DNA of 64,000 bases, from contig NC_042997.1 of assembly GCF_006345805.1 (NCBI RefSeq), forward strand, positions 193,936,001 to 194,000,000, in the 5' to 3' direction. Of the stretch, positions 12,590 through 24,642 are shown one piece after another. The notes under the pieces were generated by a model. It was not told where the DNA came from. It saw only the letters and a program-made list of their open reading frames with translations, and did not search any database. Source of the DNA: Octopus sinensis (lineage: Eukaryota). Within the stretch, counting starts at the first letter, position 1, and every line of letters begins with the position of its first letter. The translations under genes were made by a program, and so were the position numbers.

Positions 12590-13585
12590 AGGACATGCGT
12601 AGGCTTGAAAGAAATGATGCTAGCATGATCTGCTGAATGTGTAATGTCAGTCTGCACACATGACAGAGTGTAAGCGCCCTGAGAGAAATGCTGGACATAA
12701 GAAGCATCGGATGTGGTGTGCAAGAGAGACGTTTGCACTGGTATGGTTACGTACTATGGATGGATGAGGAGAGATGTGTGAAGAAGTGCCACTCCCAAAC
12801 AGTTGAAGGAATCCAGGGTAGATGTAGACCCAGAAAGACTTAGGATGAGGTGATCAAGCATGACCTTCGAACGTTGGGCCTCACAGGCAATGACGAAAGA
12901 CCGAGACCTCTGGAGATATGCTGCGACTTGAAAGACCCGACAAATAATGTGAGTTTATGGCTGTTTCCTGCACTAGCTTCACATAGCAGCCCCAACCCAT
13001 CCAAAGTACCTTGGATCACAGGACAGTCTGCTGTGCGTACCTTGGATCGTAGGGTGACCTGCTGTGTGTTTGAGGAGATCTATTGAGTTAAGTACATCAA
13101 CATCAAAGTAAAAATCAAATGGAAATTGTAGTTGTGATACCCATGCCTGGTGTCACGTAAAAAGCACTATCTGAAATGGCCAATGTCAGCGCCGCCTTGA
13201 CTGGCTTCCGTACTGGTGGCATGTAAAAAGCACCGAGTGTGGCTGTTGACAGCTCCCCCTGGCACCTGTGCTGGTGGCACATGAAACATTCAAGCGAAGT
13301 CATCGCTAGTGCCGCTGGACTGGCTCCTGTGCAGGTGGCACATAAAAAGCACCATTTGGGCGTGGCTGTTGCCAGTACCACCAAACTGGCCCTCGTGCCG
13401 GTGGCATGTAAAAAGCATCCACTACACTCACGGAGTGATTGGCATTAGGAAGGGCATCCAGCTGTAGAAACACTGCCAGATCAGACTGGAGCCTGGTGCA
13501 GCCTCCTGGCTTCACAGACCCCGGTTAAACCGTCCAACCCATGCTAGCATGGGAAACGGACGTTAAACGATGATGATGATGATGA
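12590..13585 (+). mobile_element. RTE-clade LINE 3' fragment (degenerate RT C-terminus) with long 3' UTR and (GAT)n tail
   Basis: 12680-12930 translates, with stops, to LREMLDIRSIGCGVQERRLHWYGYVLWMDEERCVKKC..EG..GR.RPRKT.DEVIKHDL (typical RTE C-terminus). This is followed by repeated GTGCCGGTGGCACGTAAAAAGCACC motifs, GGTTGGCATTAGGAAGGGCATCC and a (GAT)n tail. Confidence 0.75.
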
Positions 13586-14335
13586 TAAGCTTTAACAAAC
13601 ATCTTTTGAATTTATAGGCCTCTTCTTTTCTGTTTTTGTTGTCCCTTCCTCTGTTGTGGCCTCAAATCTTCTTTGAGTCAAAGTCATTTAAAAAAAAACT
13701 GTATATCTAAGGCAGTGAACTGCGATGACAGAAGCCTAGAATGTACGGGAGGAAATGAGCAAGAATGAGCTGGCAGTTGCTGACAGAGGGTGGCGACAGC
13801 ATTTACCGAGAGGGATGGGTGAAGGAAGTGTCTAATTGGGCACAAGTGGTCCATTGTAGCCACTTGTACATTGGCTACAGATGGTGGCAGAGTAACGAGA
13901 GTGGCAGCAGAGGAAATGGAAAGTAGACGGGTCCTGTACGAGTGAATGACACTATAGAGTGATGAAACAGAGTCGGAATGGATGCAGAGACTTCCTTTGT
14001 TACATCCCAAGCTCGTGCACCTGTTGCTCATCTCTTCGTCACAGCTTCCTCTTTCTAATCTCACTGTTAGTATGACTGAAGATGACAGAGGGATCTCTTG
14101 TTTGTCATACATTGCATTTTCTCTAGTGTAAATGGTAGCACACTTATCGCGAGTATATAGAAAAGTGGGTTCAAATCCCATGCATACCAAAAACCCACTT
14201 TTTTCTCTCCAATGCATACCAGCATGCACAACAGATGTTAAATGAGGATGAGGATGTCTTTATTGCTTATCTTCTGTTTGTCATTCACTGCATTCTTACA
14301 TTCTTTCACCTGTACCTATTATTTATCTCTTAAAA

Positions 14336-15402
14336 AGATTCAAGCGAGGCCGTTGCCAGTACCGCCTGGCTGGCCCCCGTGCCGGTGGCACGTAAAAAGC
14401 ACCCACTACACTCTCGGAGTGGTTGGCATTAGGAAGGGCATCCAGCTGTAGAAACTCTTCCACATCAGATTGGAGCCTGGTGCAGCCATCTGGTTTGCCA
14501 GCCCTCAGTCAAAATCGTCCAACACATGCTAGCATGGAAAGCAGACATTAAACGATGATGATGATATATATAGATAGCCTCCTCTGGCCACTGTGCTGGT
14601 GGCACGTAAAAAGCACCCACTACACTCTCGGAGTGGTTGGCATTAGGAAGGGCATCCAGCTGTAGAAACTCTTCCACATCAGATTGGAGCCTGGTGCAGC
14701 CATCTGGTTTGCCAGCCCTCAGTCAAAATCGTCCAACACATGCTAGCATGGAAAGCAGACATTAAACGATGATGATGATATATATAGATAGCCTCCTCTG
14801 GCCACTGTGCTGGTGGCACGTAAAAAGCACCCTACACTCTCGGAGTGGTTGGCATTAGGAAGGGCATCCAGCTGTAGAAACTCTTCCACATCAGATTGGA
14901 GCCTGGTGCAGCCATCTGTTTGCCAGCCCTCAGTCAAAATCGTCCAACCATGCTAGCATGGAAAGCAGACATTAAACGATGATGATGAATATATAGATAG
15001 CCTCCTCTGGCCACTGTGCTGGTGGCACGTAAAAAGCACCCACTACACTCATGGAGTTGGTGGCGTTAGGAAGGGCATCCAGCTGTAGAAACTCTTCCAC
15101 ATCAGATTGGAGCCTGGTGCAGCCATCTGGTTTGCCAGCCCTCAGTCAAAATCGTCCAACACATGCTAGCATGGAAAGCAGACATTAAACGATGATGATG
15201 ATATATATAGATAGCCTCCTCTGGCCACTGTGCTGGTGGCACGTAAAAAGCACCCACTACACTCTCGGAGTGGTTGGCATTAGGAAGGGCATCCAGCTGT
15301 AGAGACACTGCCAGTGCAGCCTCCTGGCTTCCCAGACCCCGGTTGAACTGTCCAACCCATGCTAGCATGGAAAACGGACGTTAAACGATGATGATGATGA
15401 TA
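14336..15402 (+). repeat. Tandem array (~209-214 bp period, 5 segments) of the (GAT)-tailed element 3' end
   Basis: Junction CCTCTGG recurs at 14581, 14795, 15004 and 15218; units are nearly identical. Confidence 0.9.
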
Positions 15403-16062
15403 ATTTCTCTCTCCTTTTCTTCTTTCTCTCTATACCCTTTTCCTGGTGTAGCTGAGGATGGCAGTGGGTCTCTTCTGTGTTCATTGATGTAAACAATACA
15501 ACTTATAGATCAGCAGTTTCGATGTTTGAACACCACTGGAACATAGATCTTGGAGAACAAGTAAGGGTTGACAACAGGAAGGGCATCTGACTTTCGAATA
15601 CCGCCTCAATAAATCTCATCCAATGAAACTTATTGAGGCAGTGACTATTGTACAGCTGGTTGCCTTTCCTGTCACCAACACTTGCTTTCCAAGCACATTA
15701 CTTTTATTTTAATGGTTTATACTCATCAAAACCACTGATCTGTTTATAGAAGTTGTAAATATCATACACACACAAAGATCAAGATTTTGAATACATACAT
15801 CACCTCTGTTAATTATTGATTTCAAATTTTGGCACAAGGCCAGCAATCTCAGGGGTGGGGATAAGTCGATTACATCAACCCCAGAGCTTAACTGATATTT
15901 ATTTTATCAATCTCTTGCTTACAAACCACATGGTTTCGGGTTCAGTCTCACTGTGTGGCGCCTTGGGTAAGTGTCTTCTACTATAGCCTCGGGCTGACCA
16001 AAGCCTTGTGAGTGGATTTGGTAGACGGAAACTGAAAGAAGCCCGTCGTATATATGTATATG

Positions 16063-16125
<63 letters not shown>

Positions 16126-16598
16126 TTGTCCCACCCAACATCGCTTGACAACCGATGCTGGTGTGTTTACGTCCCCGTAACTTAGCGATTCGGCAAAAGA
16201 GACCGAAAGAATAATTACTAGGCTTACAAAGAATAAGTCCTGGGATCGGTTTTCTTGACTAAAGGCAGTGCTCCAGCATGGCCACAGTCAAACGACTGAA
16301 ACAAGTAAAAGGGTATGGCAGAATATGAATACAGAACATAAAGACATAAAATTCCATTAAGCATTTTGACCATTGTCTTAATGGTTCTGCTGGCTTACCA
16401 CCTCACCTCTATTATTTATTACTACTTAGCCATTATCCCTTACCCCAAAAGAGTTTTTTTTTTTTTTTTTTTTTACTCAAGCAAATCAACCTCTACTTGT
16501 TTTTTAAGTCTAGTCCTTATTCTATTAGTTTTATGCCAAACTGCTGAGTTACAGGGACATAGATCAGTACCAGTTGTCAAGCAGTGGTGGGGTAACTA

Positions 16599-16636
<38 letters not shown>

Positions 16637-17311
16637 GATGGGCTTCCACACAGTTTCCATCTGCCAAATTCGCTCACAAAGTATTGGTGCTGCACAGTGG
16701 GACTGAACCCAGAACCTTGTGAACTGCAAAGCAAACTTAATCACGCAGCCATGCCAGTGCCAAGTATTCCAAAACTATCCTGAACTTGAAGATACAGAAC
16801 TAAATTGTCTGTAATTACTATATAGGCGCAGGAGTGGCTGTGTGGTAAGTAGCTTGCTTACCAACCACATGGTTCCGGGTTCAGTCCCACTGCGTGGCAC
16901 CTTGGGCAAGTGTCTTCTACTATAGCCTCGGGCCAACCAAAGCCTTTTGAGTGGATTTGGTGGACGGAAACTGAAAGAAGCCTGTCGTATATATGTATAT
17001 ATATAAATGTGTGTGCGTGTATGTTTGTGTGTCTGTGTTTGTCCCCCTAGCATTGCTTGACAACTGATGCTGGTATGTTTATGTCCCCGTCACTTAGTGG
17101 TTCGGCAAAAGAGATCGATAGAATAAGTCCCGGGGTCGAGTTTGCTCGATTAAAAAAAGGTGGTGCTCCAGCATGGCCGCAGCCAAATGACTGAAACAAA
17201 TAAAAGAAGAAAAAGAATAATAAAAGAATGTATCTCTGTTTCTTTAGGATTATCAAGAATAATATTTTTTGTCAAGATTTTGTTATTTCTTTTTTGTTGT
17301 TTGATATCCAG

Positions 17312-17401
17312 TTTTCCACCAATTTGGAGAAGAACAAGCTATTTATCAAAGGATTACCATTCAGTTGTACAAAAGACGATTTGGAGAAAATCTTTAAGGA
17401 G
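17312..17401 (+). CDS. SART3: SART3 coding exon, RRM2 start (LEKNKLFIKGLPF)
   Basis: TCCAG/GTAAG boundaries; 90 nt; FSTNLEKNKLFIKGLPFSCTKDDLEKIFKE, matching the SART3 RRM2 N-terminus. Confidence 0.95.
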
Positions 17402-18173
17402 GTAAGGAAATTCCCTCTCTCTCTCTCGTTATTAACTGTATTAACACCACACCAAGCTGGCCCTACATTCCAGTTTTAGCTATTGTGAAGCTTTGTGGCT
17501 CAGTGTTTAAGCTGTTGAACTCACAGGCATAAAGTCATGAGTTCAATTCAAGAAGATTGTGGGAACAAATTTAGCAATTTTGGCAAAATATGTACCCTTT
17601 TGCCAAGTTACAACAAAAAGTTAGTGAAATATTTAAAATGTTTACAGTTGGATAGATAGACAAAAAAGGACAAAATGATTTGACAAAAAATGTGAATTTT
17701 TAATTATTTTCTGAGATTTTACAAAAACAACAAAAATCTGTCTGGCCCCCGTGTCGGTGGCACGTAAAAGCACCATCCATTCGTGTCTGTTGCCAGCCTC
17801 GCCTGACCCCCGTGCCGGTGACATGTAAAAGCACCATCTGTTCGTGGCCGTTTGCCAGCTCTGTCTGGCACCTGTGCGGGTGGCACGTAAAAAGCACCCA
17901 CTACACTCACGGAGTGGTTGGCGTTAGGAAGGGCATCCAGCCGTAGAAACACTGCCAGATCTGACTGGGCCTGATGAAGCCTTCCAGCTTCACAGACCCC
18001 AGTTGAACCGTCCAACCCATGCTAGCGTGGAAAACGGACGCTAAATGATGATGATGATGATCATTGTACCCCTTGGAAAAGCACTTTATCTCACTTTGCT
18101 CCCAATCCGTTCAGCTGAAAATAAGCTGCATCTGGGCTGTTTACCCAAAACTGATAAAGATATATTTATTTAA

Positions 18174-18385
18174 CCCATTTGTTACTGTATTTATTTTGAG
18201 ATGCTCTGTGTTTCTTTCAATTATTTTAAATATAACAAAGAATTTAGTAAAATATCATTCAGCTAGTGTTAGGAACATAAATTGTGACTAAGGTTTGGTG
18301 GAAGATTTTAATTCAAAACTTATGAAAACAAGACATTTGTGCTATAGAGCCAGAGCTGGTTTCAGCCGAGTTGGTAAGGAAAGGG
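18174..18385. mobile_element. piggyBac-type MITE
   Basis: TTAA-CCCATTT ... AAAGGG-TTAA ends. Confidence 0.5.
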
Positions 18386-18597
18386 TTAAAATATCTGTAA
18401 GTCAATAGACAATGAAAAGTATATTACTGAAAGAAATGGCCTTGCCTCCTGTCTAGCAAAAATATTGCAAGAGGATAGATTGGCCTAGTTGTTTTATAAA
18501 GGTTAAGAGACAAGGGTTTTAAAAGAATAATTATTTGAATGTATTTTTGCTGCAAATTATATTATTTATGCTATTTATTGCATCTGTCTCTGTCTAG

Positions 18598-18681
18598 CAT
18601 GGAACTGTGAAAGACGTCCGGCTTGTTACATATAGAAATGGTGCCCCTAAGGGCTTGGCCTATGTGGAATATGAAGATCCT
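18598..18681 (+). CDS. SART3: SART3 coding exon, RRM2 RNP1 (KGLAYVEY)
   Basis: TCTAG/GTAAG boundaries; 84 nt; HGTVKDVRLVTYRNGAPKGLAYVEYEDP. Confidence 0.95.
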
Positions 18682-19173
18682 GTAAGTATTTGTTTTACGT
18701 ACTTTTCATTATTTCTTCTTTGGCAAGCTGGCACAGCCTTTCGAGCACACCTGGCACTGATTGGCCACAGCCAGACACCTTGTGATGCCCTTTATTATCA
18801 TCAACAGTGATGGACAAACTAAATAATAATAAAAATCCTTTCTACTGGAGGTACAAGGCCCCTGTGTTTCACTGATATTTAATTTACCCATCCCATAAGG
18901 ATGAAAGGCAAAGTTGACCTCGGCAGAATTTGAACTCAGAACTACCCGTCTGATAAGGGTACACTAGGCACATGCATCACAACCATATGTGCACGACCTG
19001 GTGATCTCACATCAAGATAAACAGCACATTACCTTGCAGGAGGGGCCCAATTAGAATATTTATCAGGTTGAGTAACCCATCCTGCACAAAAGGTCCCTGA
19101 ATAAAGTTTGTTTAAGGATGATGAACAAAAAACACCTGTATTTCCAAACATTAGAGCGTAGTGTAGTCTTCCA

Positions 19174-19592
19174 AGGCGGCGAGCTAGCAGAATCGTTAGC
19201 ACGTCGGGCGAAATGCTTAACGGTATTTCGGCTGCCGTTACGTTGTGAGTTCAAATTCCGCCGAGGTCGACTTTGCCTTTCATCCTTTCGGGGTCGACAA
19301 ATTAAGTACCAGTTAAGCACTGGGGTCGATATAATCGACTTAATACCTATGTCTGTCCATGTTTGTCTCCTCTATGTTTAGCCCCTTGTGGGTAATAAAG
19401 AAATAGGTATTTCGGCTGCCGTTACGTTGTGAGTTCAAATTCCGCCGAGGTCGACTTTGCCTTTCATCCTTTCGGGGTCGACAAATTAAGTACCAGTTAA
19501 GCACTGGGGTCGATATAATCGACTTAATACCTATGTCTGTCCATGTTTGTCTCCTCTATGTTTAGCCCCTTGTGGGTAATAAAGAAATAGGT
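19174..19592 (+). mobile_element. tRNA-derived SINE family 2 (head AAGGCGGCGAGCTGGCAGAATCG, B-box GAGTTCAAATTCC) with internal ~180-bp duplication
   Basis: Body GTCGACTTTGCCTTTCATCCTTTCGGGGTCGATAAATTAAGTACCAG. Other copies at 2290-2530, 5640-6010, 18820-18940, 29285-29508, 44540-44900, 47530-48006 (-) and 6643-6945, 44985-45170 (+). Confidence 0.88.
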
Positions 19593-19663
19593 AGTGTAGT
19601 CTTCCAACTCATCCGATCCTGTTGGACTTCCCAACCCACACTAGCTTGGAGAATGGACATTAA

Positions 19664-19882
19664 CCCTTTAGTGTTCAGATTATTCTATCAAACATAATGC
19701 CTATTGATTCCCATTGATTTGAATTAATCATGCTTTATCTCATATCTTCAAGATCTTGATGGTGTAATTACTTAATGTAGAATAACATTGTAGGGTAGGT
19801 GTGAGAGCCTGGATCTGGTCAGTTTGAACATAAAACAGATTAAATATTTTGGCCGGATATGGCCGGTTTAAATACTAAAGGG
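19664..19882. mobile_element. piggyBac-type MITE
   Basis: TTAA-CCCTTTAGTG ... TACTAAAGGG-TTAA ends. Confidence 0.6.
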
Positions 19883-20016
19883 TTAAATGATGATGCTGAT
19901 AATTGGCAGTGATACAGTTTGTGAAATGGCGTTTCTTTTACATTTGCAATCTCCTTAATATCGTTAAATCTAATTTCTATGTCTAATGAAACTTGCTTTT
20001 TCTTCTTTTGTTCCAG

Positions 20017-20189
20017 TCTGATGCTACTAAAGCAATTCTTAAAACTGATGGCTTAACAATGGGTGAGCACACCATATCTGTATCAATCAGTAACCCACCC
20101 AGTCGGAAATCTCCAATGAACCGGAGATCTTCATCATCTACATCTACGTTCACCCCTACTTTAGGAGGAGGAAAGAAAGAAAGTGAAGT
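20017..20189 (+). CDS. SART3: SART3 coding exon, end of RRM2 (ISVSISNPP) plus linker
   Basis: TTCCAG/GTAAG boundaries; 173 nt, phase 0-2; SDATKAILKTDGLTMGEHTISVSISNPPSRKSPMNRRSSSSTSTFTPTLGGGKKESE. Confidence 0.93.
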
Positions 20190-20559
20190 GTAAGTTCATT
20201 TTTAAGTCTTAAGATCTACATAATTTTAATTAGATGTGGCTGAATGATTGAGAAGTTTTCCTCCTAACCACTAGGTTCTGAGTTCAGTATTACTTTGTAA
20301 CATTTTGGGCAAGTCTACCCTAACCCTCAGTCAAGCAGAGCCTTGTTAGTGGATTTTGTAAAGGTAGACCCAGGAAGACATGGGAGGATGGGGTAGACCC
20401 AGGAAAACATGGGATGAGGTGATGAAACATGATATTTGAACTTTGAACCTCACAGAGGCAATGACTAGTGACCGAGATCTTTGGCAACGTGCTCTGCTTA
20501 AGAGGATCCATCAAATCAAGTGCACCCATGCTGGTGGCACATAAAAAAATCAACCATTG

Positions 20560-20752
20560 AATGTTGAGCCTCATGGAGACAAAGTGGCTGAGTTCCTTTC
20601 AAGCACTGGGCCTCATGGAGGCAAAGTGGTTGAGTCCCTTTCGAGTGTTGGGCCTCACGGAGGCGAGGTGGCTGAGTTCCTTTTGAGCATTGGGCCTCGT
20701 GGAGGCAAAGTCACTGAAACCCTTCCAAGTGTTGGGCCTCACAGAGGCAATA
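20560..20752 (+). repeat. 42-bp minisatellite (~4.5 units)
   Basis: Unit ~TTGGGCCTCA(C/T)GGAGGCAAAGTGGCTGAGTTCCTTT(C/T)GAG(C/T)(A/G). Confidence 0.8.
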
Positions 20753-20779
20753 ACCTTTGGCATTGTTGTGCTTGTGAAG

Positions 20780-21571
20780 AAGACCCCCTCCAGGCACTTG
20801 ATGTAGGCCTCCGTGTTGAGTTTGAGGCCATGTGGGAAGATGAATAGAGGCATAATGTCGCCATCACTAGTGATCACTCCAAACACCATGATGTTGATTG
20901 GATGTTTGATTTTTAACAATCTCAGTACATGTTTTGGGGACACGGCAAGCCAACAGTTGTCTTGTGTGTTCACCATCTGATCCTGACAGAAATGTTTCTT
21001 GTCTGATAAGAACCGAAGCATGTTCGGTTGGAGGGGATGCTTGAGTTTGTTCAAAAGCTTTGTAGCGCAGTCTTTCCTCTTGTCCTTGATGGCTTAGGAT
21101 AAAAATTGGCTCTTTCTCACCCTGTATGAGGAATACTGAATGTCTTCATGCACTACCTGCCTGATAAGAAGCTCAGACACTCCCATGTTCCTAGTGATGG
21201 ACCTGATTGACTTGGAGGGATTGTTGCCAATCATGGCCTTGATCTCACCAACAAATTCAGAAGTTCTTTTCATATCAGAGTGAGTTTTCCGAGCTGCTGT
21301 ACCAACTCTTTCCTAATCCTTTGCACTGTCCTCAAATTGATACTCAAACACTCTGAAATGTTCGTATTGGAGCTTCTGGCGCGAATGTCAAGCAGTACAG
21401 CATGTCGTTTCCAAATTTCTGGCAGAGTGAATTGCATCATGGTGTTGTTTTTCTTACAAACGGTGCCCAACTGACCCTACTATACTATGTAATCTACAAA
21501 ATCAAAAACAATTAATGAGCATGCACAAAATTAAAAATATAAAATGGCAACAATTTACCCATCACACCCTG
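20780..21571 (-). mobile_element. Tc1/mariner (maT/DD37D-like) transposase 5' half, degenerate, with left TIR
   Basis: HTH-region remnant (ISECLSINLRTVQRIRKEL) and first-D region (FLSDKKHFCQDQMVNTQDNCW..IMVFGVITSDGDIMPLFIFPHGLKLNTEAYIKCLE). TIR TA-CAGGGTGTGATGGGTAAATTGTTGCC at 21573-21545. Confidence 0.8.
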
Positions 21572-22115
21572 TATATGTGTGTATGTGATGAGCTTCAGTC
21601 AGTTTCCATCTACCAAATATACTCACAAGACTTTGGTCAACCTGGGACTATAATAGAAGATACTTGCCCAAGGTCCCATGCAATGGGACTGAACCTGAAA
21701 AAACAAACTTCGTACCACACAACCATGTTGGCACCTATTTCTATGTTCTATTAAAAATCACAAATACTCTACTGGAATTAAGGAGAATACTGCCTGCTGC
21801 TTTTCTCACAGACAGTGCCCAACTGGCCCTACTATACTGTGTAACCTACAAAATCAAAAACAATCTATGTGTATGCAGGAAATTAAAAATATAAAATGAC
21901 AACAATTTACCCATCACACCCTGTGTATGTGATGGGCTTCAGTCAGTTTCCATCTACCAAATATACTCAAAAGACTTTGGTCAGCCTGGGACTATAATAG
22001 AAGATACTTGCCCAAAGTCACATGCAATGGGACTGAACCTGAAAAAACAAACTTCGTACCACACAACCATGTTGGCACCTATTTCTATGTTCTTTTAAAA
22101 GTCAAAAATACTCTA
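21463..22115. repeat. Local tandem duplication (~350-bp period) containing a maT TIR and a SINE fragment
   Basis: 21463-21775 vs 21813-22115, roughly 90% identical by eye. Confidence 0.85.
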
Positions 22116-22506
22116 CGAAGCATCGTCTTACTGGCACCTGTGCCGTTGGCATGTGTAAAAAAAAAAAAAATTTGAGCGAGGTCATTGCCAGTACCGCCTG
22201 ACTGACCCCCATGCCGCTGGCACTTAAAAGCACCCACTACACTCTTGGAGTGGCTGGTGTTAGGAAGGGCATATCCAGCTGTAGAAACTCTGCCAGATCA
22301 AGACTGGAGCCTGGTGCAGCCATCTAGTTCACCAGCCCACAGTCAAACTGTCCAACCCATGCTAGCATGGAAAGCGGACGTTAAACGATGATGATGATGA
22401 TGATGATTACCTGCCTGTTTGCATGTCTTTTGCCGGTTTTTTTCTTAATATCTTATATTGCTTTCATTTATTAATTTTCTTTTTTTTTTTCCTTTTGTTT
22501 CATCAG

Positions 22507-22714
22507 TCGTGGAAAGGCTCGGACTATGGTGTCACTGGTTCCTCGTGCTCTGCAGCGTACCAAAGCTACATCTAGTAGTAGCTCCAATGGAAACAGCTCC
22601 GTCAATGACCAATCATCAAACAACTGCTCTGCAAAAGAAGCCACGTCGTCGCTTTCCTCCTCCAGTAGTGGCATGAGTAATGACGACTTCCGTAAAATGC
22701 TGTTGAAGCGGTAA
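22507..22714 (+). CDS. SART3: SART3 last coding exon with LSm-interaction motif and stop
   Basis: Acceptor CATCAG ends at 22506. The phase-2 join gives V-RGKARTMVSLVPRALQR...MSNDDFRKMLLKR*, matching the SART3/Prp24 C-terminal pattern (RGKxRTxxSLxPRAL ... MSNxDFxKxxL). Confidence 0.95.
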
Positions 22715-24642
22715 CTACGGTAACTCAGAAGAAATAATGTTACTGGGGGAAGGAGAGAAGAGGGGGGGATTTTTCTTTTCTTTTTTTTTTAATTTCCTCT
22801 TTTTTTTTTTGTGGTGGGTGGGGCTAGCTTCGGAACTTCTCACTTGGGTTTACGTCACAGCAGGTTAGACGAGGCTGGTCTGAATTGATGATGGCAGATG
22901 TGGGGGATGGAGGTTGATGGCAGCCACGGCAGTGATGGTGGTCTGCAAAACCAAACTGTTTTTTCTGCCCGCCACATCCGAACCTGTATCTATTTTAAAT
23001 AATGTCGCACATTGTGACAGACTCCAAAATTTTTCTCTACTGTCTCTCCACCCCCACCTCTCTCTCTCTCTCACCTTATTCTAAATGTTACCTCTGTGTG
23101 TCTGTAAACAATGGCATCTCTTAGTTCCAGTTCCCTCTCATGCTCCAATTCTCCATTTCACCCCATCACCTTAACTCCACTCCAATTTTGCTCTCCATTA
23201 TTTTCAGACAGTGTGTGTATGTATATTAAAACTAACACTGACCCTTCTTGTTGTTGACTCTCAATGCATTTCACCTACTCTCTCTCTTCTCTCTCCCTCC
23301 CTCCCTCCCTCTCACTTTCATTCTTTCCCTTTTTCTACCCCCCCTCTCATTTATTTTCTTCTCCATGCTGTATTTTCATTACATGACCTCTGTTGTTATT
23401 TTTCTTGATTACTTTCTCAAAACCCATTTTTGTTTTTGCATTTAACACTGCATCTTCTCCCCCTCCCCACAACTACTACTACTACTACTACTGCTGCTGC
23501 TTACACTATCACCGTTACTCCAACAACCACCACCACCACCACCACCAACAACAACACTACTAATACAGCTACTACTTTATATCTAGATATAAGCCATACA
23601 TACCATCACACCTAACCTTCCAATTTCTGTATTTGTGAATTTATAGGATTACTCCAGATATTTATGACCACTTACCACCCACTCTGCTCTTCTTATTCCC
23701 ATTGTTTACTAAACAAATTCCAGATTTTAGGTCTATTAATATTAAAAAAAAAGAAACTCATTTCATAACGAGCAATAACTGTCTTTCACGTTTGGCTCTA
23801 CTTTTCCCACCTTTTCAACCCCACTTCTCTGCCCACCTTCACTTTTCTCATATCCATCTGTCTAATCCTTACTCATTCCAATGTCTTCTCCCTTCAAAAT
23901 TGTCACACTACTTGCTGTATTTGATTTTCTTTCTCACAAAACGTTGCTAACTTCATTCTCTTTACTATCTTCATTCTTCATGCTCTACCATTTTCTGTCC
24001 CCTTTATGACAAATCCCTTTTTTTTAATGGTTCCACTCCCACTCCTGTCCTTCTCCTTCTACTCCCAGAATACATTACTGTTGCTATGCTTACCTAAATA
24101 CCATGCTTCTTCTTGCTAAGTTGCGTTGTATGTGTCATCTGGTTGCTCTGTGAACATTCAAGACGGGCAGCAAAGAAACCTCTCCTCCCTCCCTCCCTAC
24201 CTTTCATTCATTAATCTGCAGGACTTATCATCTGTCAAACTTTAGTCACATATTTTGCAGACAAAACAAAAACAGACCAGTAATACAAAATAAGATAATA
24301 CCATGGCAACACACACACACACACACTTTTCCTTCCTTCCTTCCTCTCTCTCTCTCTCTCTCTCAAAATTTGTGGAGAGCAAAAATGATGTGGCGAGGCA
24401 GAGATCAGATCCAGTATTTGTGACACACGATGGGTGGGTGGATGGGTTTTTTTTTGTTTTTTTTTCCCCTTTATATCCCTCTACCCTCTCCTTCTCTTCT
24501 TTGATCTGTCACATTGTACATAGAACATGTGCTTCATTATATAATGAATAATAATAATATATGGTTCGATTGTTTTTGATTGTTCCTCTCACTACCCCAC
24601 TTTTATATTATTATTATTATTATTATTATGATTATTATTATT

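Noticed and set aside
14135-14190. tRNA gene (A-box TAGTGTAAATGG, B-box GGTTCAAATCCC)
   Set aside because: No convincing cloverleaf; likely a SINE head remnant.
13684-14229. 181-aa minus-strand ORF
   Set aside because: No recognisable domain, a non-ATG-like start inside a tRNA-like repeat head, and antisense within an intron; probably an unclassified repeat.
14336-15402. CRISPR-like interpretation of the tandem arrays (also 58252-61227)
   Set aside because: Eukaryotic context, long units, no unique spacers and no cas genes.
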